From the NCBI GenBank assembly GCA_964523545.1, contig CAZFZM010000003.1:68176-132175 (forward strand): a stretch of DNA of 64,000 bases, in the 5' to 3' direction. Position numbers and translations under genes: made by a program. This DNA is from an uncultured Thermotogae bacterium. GTDB lineage: Bacteria > Bipolaricaulota > Bipolaricaulia > UBA7950 > UBA9294. Below, piece after piece: positions 27,368 to 34,438 of the stretch (its first letter is position 1; each line of letters starts with the position of its first letter). The notes under the pieces were generated by a model. The model searched no databases and had not been told where the DNA came from. It saw only the letters and a program-made list of their open reading frames with translations.

Positions 27368-28849
27368 CTAGCCGGACTCCACGAGCTCCGCGAGGAGCCC
27401 GACGCGCTCGTTGAACGCGACGATCAGCTCGTCGATCGCCGGGACCGCCGCGTGGATCCGATCCCAGTAGCCGGGGTAGTCGTACCACTGGGCGTTGAGC
27501 TCCTCGACCGACTTGCCGAGCTGCTCGATCCAGGTGAAGTACTTCAGGTTGTGGATCCGCTTCCGATCTGTGTATCTCAGCTCGAGCGTGTGATCGGTCT
27601 TGATCCCGAGAAGGTGGGCGTGGTAATCGACGGCGGCGTCCGTCTCGCCGTACGCGCCGTGGGCGTCGCGCAGCTCCGCGACACGGCTCTGGTACAGCTC
27701 CATCGAGTCGGTGAGCACGGTCAGGACGACGTCGCGTCCGGTCAACTCGTAGTACTTGGCGAACTTGATCGACGACAGCAGGTTCGCGATTCCCGAGATG
27801 CCGAGCAGGTCGAGCCGCTCGACGAGATCGGTCGGGACGCCCTCGGACTGGAGCACCGCACGCCCGGCGTCCTCGTTGAACAGCCGGACCAGGCGGATAC
27901 AGTCCTCGTCGTCGATCCCGGTGACCATGTCGGTGTTCCGCGCGTTGTGGATCCACGGGACGTGCTTGTCGCCGATCCCCTCGATCCGGTGGCCGCCGAA
28001 CCCGTTCTCGAGGAGCGTCGGGCACTGAAGCGCCTCGGAGACGACGAGCTTGCTTCCCGGATACAGCTCCTTGAGGTAGTCGCCGCAGCCCATCGTCCCG
28101 GCGGAGCCGGAGGTGAGGACGACGCCGGCGTAGCGGCCGTCGCGCAGCTCGGCGCGGAGGACCTCCTCCATCGCGTGGCCGGTGATCTCGTAGTGCCAGA
28201 GGTGGTTTCCCGGCTCGTCGAACTGGTTGAAGATCATCACGTTGTCGCGCGTTGCCTGAAGCTCCTTGCACTTCTGGAAGATCTCCCAGACGTTCGACTC
28301 GCAGCCGGGGGTCGCGATCACCTCGCCGGCGACCTTGGCCAGCCACTCGAACCGCTCGCGCGACATCTCCTCGGGGAGGATCGCGATCGATTCGCAGGCG
28401 AGGAGGTTGGCGTCGTACGCGCCGCCGCGGCAGTAGTTGCCTGTCGACGGCCAGACGGCCCTGTGGAACGTCGGATCGAACTGCCCGGTGACCAGTCGAG
28501 GGACGAGGCAGCCGAACGTGGCGCCGACCTTGTGCGCCCCGGTCGGAAACCACTTGCCGACGAGGGCGATGATCCGCGCCGGAACGCCGGTCAGCTCGGG
28601 AGGGAACTCGAGGTAGTTCACGCTTCCGAACCCCCCGCCGTGCGCGGTCGGCTCGTTCTTCCAGGTGATCCGGAACAGGTTGAGTGGATGGAGATCCCAG
28701 AGGCCGATGCCCGCGAGCTTGTCGACGATCGGAGCCGGTATCCGGCTCGGATCGCGCATCTGGGCGAACGTCGGGATGACGATCCCGCGCTCGCGAGCAC
28801 GTTGCGCGGTGCGTGCGAGTCGTTCTTCGTTCCGTGTCAGGTCGATCAT
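27368..28849 (-). CDS. fold-type-II (Trp-synthase-beta-like) PLP-dependent enzyme, 493 aa
   Basis: C-terminal part of track ORF 27368..30421. ATG at 28849 is preceded by GCAGGAGGA. FPTGAHKVGATFG is a candidate PLP-Lys region. STGNYCRGGAYDA and SGSAGTMG are Gly-rich phosphate loops. Long N- and C-terminal extensions are present. Confidence 0.8.
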   Translation of the reverse strand: MIDLTRNEERLARTAQRARERGIVIPTFAQMRDPSRIPAPIVDKLAGIGLWDLHPLNLFRITWKNEPTAHGGGFGSVNYLEFPPELTGVPARIIALVGKWFPTGAHKVGATFGCLVPRLVTGQFDPTFHRAVWPSTGNYCRGGAYDANLLACESIAILPEEMSRERFEWLAKVAGEVIATPGCESNVWEIFQKCKELQATRDNVMIFNQFDEPGNHLWHYEITGHAMEEVLRAELRDGRYAGVVLTSGSAGTMGCGDYLKELYPGSKLVVSEALQCPTLLENGFGGHRIEGIGDKHVPWIHNARNTDMVTGIDDEDCIRLVRLFNEDAGRAVLQSEGVPTDLVERLDLLGISGIANLLSSIKFAKYYELTGRDVVLTVLTDSMELYQSRVAELRDAHGAYGETDAAVDYHAHLLGIKTDHTLELRYTDRKRIHNLKYFTWIEQLGKSVEELNAQWYDYPGYWDRIHAAVPAIDELIVAFNERVGLLAELVESG

Positions 28850-28871
28850 GATCCTCCTGCCGTCCGCCGGA

Positions 28872-28900
28872 TTGTGCGACGGGTTCGGCAATGCTATCAT
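28872..28900 (+). promoter_or_regulatory. promoter candidate for the hydantoinase gene (copy 1 of a duplicated promoter)
   Basis: TTGTGC (28872-28877), 17 nt, TATCAT (28895-28900). The shared extended motif GCTATCAT-N3-GCTTGGCCG spans 28893-28912. Confidence 0.5.
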
Positions 28901-28920
28901 GCTGCTTGGCCGGTTTTCAA
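28891..28920 (-). promoter_or_regulatory. divergent promoter candidate for the PLP-enzyme operon
   Basis: Minus strand: TTGAAA (complement of 28915-28920), 18 nt, TAGCAT (complement of 28891-28896). It overlaps the plus-strand -10 box and shared motif. Confidence 0.35.
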
Positions 28921-28954
28921 GAACGCTGTTCAGAAGGGGGATTCGAAGATCCCA

Positions 28955-30325
28955 ATGCACGAGCTCGTCGTTCGAGGAGGGACCCTCGTCACGCCGTGGG
29001 CGGTTACGACGGCCGACGTCGGGATCGACCGCGGGACGATCCGTGCAGTCGGCCCCGAACTGACCGGAGAGCGGACGATCGACGCCGGCGGAAAGCTCGT
29101 CTTCCCGGGCGCCATCGACGCCCACACGCACATGGCCCTCCCTGTTGCCGGGACGAGGTCGAGCGACGACTTCTACACCGGCACGGTGGCCGCGGCGTGC
29201 GGCGGCGTGACGACGATCGTCGACTTCACCGTCGGAACGCCGGAGACCTCGATCCCCGACGAGATCGAGATGAGGCTCGAGGAGATCGCCGATGCGGTCG
29301 TCGACGTCGCGCTGCACGGCGAGGTGATCGGGTGGGAACCGGGAGGCGAGGAGGAGTTCGCCGAGGCCGTCCGCCGCGGCGTGACCAGCTTCAAGTTCTA
29401 CACCGCCTACGAGGGCTCCGGCCGGCGAACCTCCCCCTCGGTCATGAAGCGGGCGTTCGAGGCGCTCGCCGACCTCGGAGCCGTCGCCTTGGTTCACTGC
29501 GAGGACGAGGGACTGATCCGCTCGATCGCCGATAGCCTGACACCGGCCGAGCGCGCCGAGATGACGACCCTCGCGGTTGCCCGGCCGGACCTGTGCGAGG
29601 GGGCGGCGGTGACGCAGGTCGGGAGGCTCGCCGAAGAGACCGGCTGCTCGACGCACATCGTGCACGTCAGCTCGGCCCTCGGGCTCGCGGCGGTCCGCGA
29701 GGCGAGGGGGCGCGGCGCACGGCTGACGGCGGAGACCTGCCCGCAGTACCTCGTGCTGACAGCGGGGAGCTACGACCGGATGGACGGGCACCTGTTCGCC
29801 GCCAGCCCGGCGTTGCGGACCGACGCCGATCAGCGCGCGCTCTGGAAGGGGCTCCGCCGGCAGGAGATCGATTTCGTCGCGACCGATCACTGTCCGTTCA
29901 CCCGCGAGCAGAAGGCCTGGCGCGGATCGTTCACCGACCTGCCGTACGGTCTCCCCGGCGTCGAGACCCTTCTTCCGCTCGTGTACTCGGAGGGGGTCGG
30001 CAAGGGGCTGCTCCACCTGCCCGACGTCCCGCGGCTGGTGAGCGAAGGGCCGGCGAGGGTGTACGGGCTGTACCCCCAGAAGGGCGCGATCGAGGTCGGT
30101 TCCGACGCGGATCTCGTCGTCTTCGACCCGGACGAAGCGTGGGAGATCCGCGCCGCTGGGCTTCACATGAACACCGACTTCTCCCCGTACGAAGGCTGGA
30201 CCGTGACCGGACGTGTCGTGACGACGATCGCGCGAGGGGACGTCGTCTACTCCGACGGTGTGCTGTCGGCGGCGCGAGGACGCGGACGGTTCCTGTTCCG
30301 TGAGCCGGGCGAGAACCGCGTTTGA
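28955..30325 (+). CDS. cyclic amidohydrolase (D-hydantoinase/dihydropyrimidinase family)
   Basis: C-terminal part of track ORF 27323..30325. ATG at 28955 follows GAAGGGGGA. Metal ligands are GAIDAHTHM (HxH), TSFKFY (carboxylated Lys), VHCEDE and ATDHCPF. Confidence 0.88.
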   Translation: MHELVVRGGTLVTPWAVTTADVGIDRGTIRAVGPELTGERTIDAGGKLVFPGAIDAHTHMALPVAGTRSSDDFYTGTVAAACGGVTTIVDFTVGTPETSIPDEIEMRLEEIADAVVDVALHGEVIGWEPGGEEEFAEAVRRGVTSFKFYTAYEGSGRRTSPSVMKRAFEALADLGAVALVHCEDEGLIRSIADSLTPAERAEMTTLAVARPDLCEGAAVTQVGRLAEETGCSTHIVHVSSALGLAAVREARGRGARLTAETCPQYLVLTAGSYDRMDGHLFAASPALRTDADQRALWKGLRRQEIDFVATDHCPFTREQKAWRGSFTDLPYGLPGVETLLPLVYSEGVGKGLLHLPDVPRLVSEGPARVYGLYPQKGAIEVGSDADLVVFDPDEAWEIRAAGLHMNTDFSPYEGWTVTGRVVTTIARGDVVYSDGVLSAARGRGRFLFREPGENRV

Positions 30326-30329
30326 TCGA

Positions 30330-30358
30330 TTGCGACCCCGAACCCGCCTAGCTATCAT
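30330..30358 (+). promoter_or_regulatory. promoter candidate for the GntR gene (copy 2 of the duplicated promoter)
   Basis: TTGCGA (30330-30335), 17 nt, TATCAT (30353-30358). The shared motif GCTATCAT-N3-GCTTGGCCG spans 30351-30370. Confidence 0.5.
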
Positions 30359-30392
30359 ACAGCTTGGCCGAACGACCGTGTGAGGAGGAAGG

Positions 30393-31100
30393 ATGCCGTT
30401 CGAGAAGGTGCGACCGCGCAAGGTGACGGCGATCGCCGCGGAGCAGATCGTCGAGGCGATCCAGCGCGGCGACTACCCGCTGGGGAGCAAGCTCCCTTCC
30501 GAGTTCGAGCTTGCCGAGCAGATGGGCGTCAGCCGACCGTCGATCCGCGAGGCGCTCAGCGCGCTGCAGGCGATGTCGATCGTGGAGTCGCGGCCCGGGA
30601 GCGGCAACTACGTCGTTCGCCTTCCGTCGTCGGCCGAGGAGAACGACGCCGTTCACCTGATCGAGAGCGAGGCCGGCTGTCGCGAGGTCATGGAGGCGCG
30701 CGAGGCGCTCGAACCACCGGTGGCGGCGCTCGTGGCGACGAAGGGATCTACCGAGGTCTTCTCGACGCTGAAGGGGATTCTCGGCTCGATGCGCGAGCAC
30801 GCGGTGCGAGACAACTTCGACGCCTATCTCGACGCCGACAAGGCGTTCCACCGCGCCCTCGCCGAGGCGGCGGGGAACGGCCTGGTCGCCGCGGCGCTCT
30901 CCCCGCTTCTCAACACGATGGATCAACGCGTCTATCGCGAGTTCACCAGGCACTACTACCTGAAAAACGTCGACGATTTGCAGACCGTCACCGCACTTCA
31001 CAGCGACGTCCTCGACGCGATCGAGCGCGGGGACAGCGACACGGCGTTCGCGAAGATGGTCGAGCATTGGACGAGGATGCGGGAGATTTGGGAAGCATGA
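30393..31100 (+). CDS. GntR-family transcriptional regulator, FadR (FCD) subfamily
   Basis: Winged-helix region SEFELAEQMGVSRPSIREALSALQAMSIVESRPGSGNYV, followed by an all-helical FCD-like C-terminal domain. Confidence 0.9.
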   Translation: MPFEKVRPRKVTAIAAEQIVEAIQRGDYPLGSKLPSEFELAEQMGVSRPSIREALSALQAMSIVESRPGSGNYVVRLPSSAEENDAVHLIESEAGCREVMEAREALEPPVAALVATKGSTEVFSTLKGILGSMREHAVRDNFDAYLDADKAFHRALAEAAGNGLVAAALSPLLNTMDQRVYREFTRHYYLKNVDDLQTVTALHSDVLDAIERGDSDTAFAKMVEHWTRMREIWEA

Positions 31101-31306
31101 GGGAATGCACCCAGGCGTTCGCCCGTGTGCATTCCCATGGCACGAAGCGCCGAGAGGTAGTCGCTTCGTGGGCGAGTGAAGATGGGCCTCAATGGTCAGG
31201 GAGGTCCATAACACGAACGAACTGGGGTTCGTTCGTGAGGTGTGAGGACGGGCCTCAATGGTCAGGGAGAGTCTATGGCACGAACGGACCGTCCGGTTCG
31301 TTCGTG
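31101..31306 (+). repeat. tandem array of four GC-rich hairpins and two exact 19-nt boxes in the carbamate kinase leader
   Basis: H0 31101-31136 (10 bp). H1 31141-31170 (9 bp). Box GGGCCTCAATGGTCAGGGA 31184-31202. H2 31212-31237 (11 bp, loop TGGG). Second box 31250-31268. H3 31279-31306 (12 bp including one G-T, loop GTCC). H1-H3 all start CACGAA and end TTCGTG. Confidence 0.8.
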
Positions 31307-31368
31307 TGTTGTAACGTGGAAGCGCGATTCAGTGGCGTCGAAACCAACGCAAGCGGAAGGGTGATCGG

Positions 31369-32325
31369 ATGGAAGGCGAGAAGCAGCTAGTCGTCGTCGC
31401 GCTCGGAGGAAACGCGATCCTTCAGCCCGGACAGCGAGGAACGTTCGAGGAGCAGATGGCGAACGTCCGCGTCACGTGCGAACAGCTGGCCCGGATGGTC
31501 GAGTCGGGTAAGTACAAAATCGTCGTGACGCACGGAAACGGCCCGCAGGTCGGGAATCTCCTCCTCCAGAACGAGACGGGCAAGGACGTCGCGGCCCCGA
31601 TGCCGCTGTTCGTCTGCGGAGCGGAGAGCCAGGGACTGATCGGGCTCATGATCCAGCAGAACCTCGGGAACCTGCTCGCCGCGCGGGGCAGGGGGGACGT
31701 TCCGATCGCCACGGTCGTGACGCAGGTCGTCGTCGACAGGGACGACCCGGCGTTCGCCAACCCGACCAAGCCGGTCGGTCCGTTCTACTCCGAGGAGGAC
31801 GCGAGGAGACTCGAGGTCGAGAAGGGGTACGACGTCCGCGAGGACGCCGGCCGCGGGTGGCGGCGGGTGGTGCCGTCTCCGGATCCGATCGAGATCTTCG
31901 AGAAGGACGCAATCCGACAGCTCGTCGACGCGCGCTCGATCGTCATCGCCTCGGGCGGCGGCGGGATCCCGGTCGTTCGCGAAAACGGAGGGCTGAGGGG
32001 TGTCGACGCGGTCATCGACAAGGACCTCGCCGGCGAGCGCTTGGCGGCCGACGTCAGCGCGTCGATCTTCATGGTCCTCACCGACGTGGACTCCGTCCGT
32101 CTCCACTACAAGACGCCGGAAGAGGCGGCGCTTTCGAGGCTGACGGTCGACGAGGCGAAGAAGTACCACGCCGAAGGGCACTTCGCGAAGGGATCGATGG
32201 AGCCGAAGGTCCGTGCGTCGATCCGGTTCATCGAGGCCGGAGGCGAAACGGCGATCATCACGTCGCTAGATAAGGCGTTCGACGCGCTCGAAGGAAACGC
32301 GGGCACGACGATCACGAAGGGGTAA
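31369..32325 (+). CDS. arcC: carbamate kinase
   Basis: LVVVALGGNAILQ, VVTHGNGPQVG and IASGGGGIPV motifs. Confidence 0.92.
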   Translation: MEGEKQLVVVALGGNAILQPGQRGTFEEQMANVRVTCEQLARMVESGKYKIVVTHGNGPQVGNLLLQNETGKDVAAPMPLFVCGAESQGLIGLMIQQNLGNLLAARGRGDVPIATVVTQVVVDRDDPAFANPTKPVGPFYSEEDARRLEVEKGYDVREDAGRGWRRVVPSPDPIEIFEKDAIRQLVDARSIVIASGGGGIPVVRENGGLRGVDAVIDKDLAGERLAADVSASIFMVLTDVDSVRLHYKTPEEAALSRLTVDEAKKYHAEGHFAKGSMEPKVRASIRFIEAGGETAIITSLDKAFDALEGNAGTTITKG

Positions 32326-32344
32326 GACAAGGAGGAACCAGAAG

Positions 32345-33382
32345 ATGTCCAGTACCACGCTTCGAGGCAGGGACTTCATCACCTGGCTCGATTTCGAGCG
32401 CGACGAGATCGAGGCGATGCTCGACGCGGCGCACGATCTGAAACGAAAGTTCATCCGCCGGGAACCGCACAGGGTTCTCGAAGGGCAGACGCTCCACATG
32501 CTGTTCTACAACACGTCGCTTCGAACAAGGAACTCGTTCGAGGCCGGAATGACCCAGCTCGGCGGGCACGCCCACTTCCTTCAGCCCGGCGCCGTCTACA
32601 CCCCGGCGTTGAAGGGGGAGGAGGTCGCCTATTCGACCGAGCGGATCTCCGACGTTGCGCGGGTTCTCGCCGAGATGGGCGACGCGATCGCTATTCGCAT
32701 CTACGGGAAGCCAACCGGCTGGGAGTACGGGAAGGGCGACCGGATCGTCCGCGAGTTCGCCGAGTGGTCGAAGGTCCCGGTCATCAACATGGAAGACGAC
32801 GTGTACCACCCGTGTCAGGCGCTGGCCGACGTGATGACGATGCAGGAGAAGCTCGGGCACGACCTGCGGGGTAAGAAGTTCGTGATGAGCTGGGCCTACT
32901 CCGGGTCGGTTGCCAAGCCGCTCGCTGTTCCGCAGTCGGCGATCGTCTCCGCCGCGATGATGGGGATGGACGTCACGCTGGCCCACCCGAAAGGGCTCGA
33001 CCTCGATCCGCGGATCCTCGAAGCGACGAAGAAGCTGGCGGTGAAACACGGCGGCGCGTTCCAGATCTCCCACGACATGGACGACTCGTTCAAGGGCGCA
33101 GACGTCGTCTACCCGAAGGCGTGGACGGTCCAGCCGACGGACGGCTCGGGGCTGATGGACGAGGCGAAGGCGAAGCCGATCTTCGAAGCGAACAAGGACT
33201 GGATCTGCACGAACGAGAAGATGGCTCTGACGAACGACGCCATCTACATGCACTGTCTGCCGGCCGACCGCGACATGGAGGTGACCGACGAGGTCATCGA
33301 CGGTCCGAACTCGGTGATCATCGAAGAGGCGGCGAATCGCTTGCACGCGCAGAAAGGCATGATGGCCCTGATCATGGCCTAG
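32345..33382 (+). CDS. YgeW-like (knotted) carbamoyltransferase, paralogue 1
   Basis: NTSLRTRNSFE (carbamoyl-phosphate site), HPCQALAD, KKFVMSWAYSGSVAKPLAVPQS, MDVTLAHPKG and YMHCLPADR. From memory, the central block resembles E. coli YgeW more than OTC or ATC. Confidence 0.85.
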   Translation: MSSTTLRGRDFITWLDFERDEIEAMLDAAHDLKRKFIRREPHRVLEGQTLHMLFYNTSLRTRNSFEAGMTQLGGHAHFLQPGAVYTPALKGEEVAYSTERISDVARVLAEMGDAIAIRIYGKPTGWEYGKGDRIVREFAEWSKVPVINMEDDVYHPCQALADVMTMQEKLGHDLRGKKFVMSWAYSGSVAKPLAVPQSAIVSAAMMGMDVTLAHPKGLDLDPRILEATKKLAVKHGGAFQISHDMDDSFKGADVVYPKAWTVQPTDGSGLMDEAKAKPIFEANKDWICTNEKMALTNDAIYMHCLPADRDMEVTDEVIDGPNSVIIEEAANRLHAQKGMMALIMA

Positions 33383-33397
33383 GAGGGAACGAGAACG

Positions 33398-34423
33398 ATG
33401 AGCTGGTTCGATCTAGCGGGACGGGACCTGATCAGCGAGGTTGACTGGACGCGCGAGGAGTACGATCTCGCGATGAAGGTCACCGATCAGCTGAAGGGCG
33501 CCTACTACAGCCGAAAGCCACACCGGACGCTCGAGGACAAGACGTTCGCAATGATGTTCTTCGCCGGTTCGACCCGGACGCGGATGTCGTTCGAGACCGG
33601 GATGACGCAGCTCGGTGGGCACGCGCAGTTCATCAACCCGTCGACGATGCGCTTGTCGCTCGAGGACAAGCCCGGAGCGGGGGAGACCGTCAAGGACACG
33701 GCGAAGGCGATGGAGCGGTTCTGCGACGGGATCGGGATCCGCCTCCTCGACGACGCGATCGATCGCTACGGCTTCGGCGACGAGGTGATGCGCAAGTTCG
33801 CTGAACACGCGAGTGTCCCGATCATCAACATGGCGTCCGACATCAATCACCCGTGCCAGTCGTTGACCGACATCTACACGATGCACGAGAAGCTCGGCGG
33901 GGACGTGAAGGGGAAGAAGATCGTCGTCATGTGGGCGTACACGCCGTGGATCCGCGGCCTCTGTTCGGTCCATGGGACGGCGCTGATCTCGACGATGTAC
34001 GGGATGGACGTCGTCGTCGCGCATCCGCCGGAGTACGACATGGACCCGAACGTGATGGACCAATGCCGCGATCTGGCCGCCGCCTCCGGTGGGCGGTTCA
34101 CGATCGAGAACGACCTCGAGGCGGCGCTCGAAGGAGCGACGGTCGTCTTCCCGCGGAACTGGTTCACCAAGGATCGCTACCAGATCGGCAAGGAGAAGGA
34201 GCACGAGATCGCGCTTCGGTACAAGGATTGGTGCTACACGGCCGATCGCCAGAAGCGTCTCTGCGATCCGGGCTACCTCCTCCAGTGCATGCCGGTCGAC
34301 CGGGGGCACGAGGCGGAGCCCGCGGTCTGTGACAACGAGCTCTCCTGGATCTACGATCAGGCCGAGAACCGACTGCACACCCAGAAGGCGATCATGACCC
34401 TGACGATGGGAGGCCGACTGTAG
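33398..34423 (+). CDS. carbamoyltransferase, divergent paralogue 2
   Basis: GSTRTRMSFE, HPCQSLTD, KKIVVMWAYTPWIRGLCSVHG and MDVVVAHPPE are present. However, LLQCMPVDRGHE replaces the HCLP motif. Confidence 0.8.
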   Translation: MSWFDLAGRDLISEVDWTREEYDLAMKVTDQLKGAYYSRKPHRTLEDKTFAMMFFAGSTRTRMSFETGMTQLGGHAQFINPSTMRLSLEDKPGAGETVKDTAKAMERFCDGIGIRLLDDAIDRYGFGDEVMRKFAEHASVPIINMASDINHPCQSLTDIYTMHEKLGGDVKGKKIVVMWAYTPWIRGLCSVHGTALISTMYGMDVVVAHPPEYDMDPNVMDQCRDLAAASGGRFTIENDLEAALEGATVVFPRNWFTKDRYQIGKEKEHEIALRYKDWCYTADRQKRLCDPGYLLQCMPVDRGHEAEPAVCDNELSWIYDQAENRLHTQKAIMTLTMGGRL

Positions 34424-34438
34424 CGTGAGGGCGGAGCA

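Noticed and set aside
27323-28954. N-terminal 544 codons of the 1000-aa plus-strand ORF 27323..30325, and the mirror-image N-terminal part of the 1017-aa minus-strand ORF 27368..30421.
   Set aside because: Only the C-terminal parts carry family motifs and have an RBS plus ATG at 28955 (hydantoinase) and 28849 (PLP enzyme). The extensions are antisense read-through of the partner gene.
31182-31211. Mini-ORF MGLNGQGGP-stop inside the first repeat unit, considered as a possible leader peptide.
   Set aside because: The second repeat unit has ACG instead of ATG at the same position, and the upstream Shine-Dalgarno is weak. It is most likely a coincidence of the repeat sequence.
31184-31268. The exact 19-nt repeats with intervening sequence considered as a mini CRISPR array.
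   Set aside because: There are only two exact copies. The spacers are themselves related palindromic hairpins. No cas genes are present, and the repeat is not a typical 28-37 nt CRISPR repeat.
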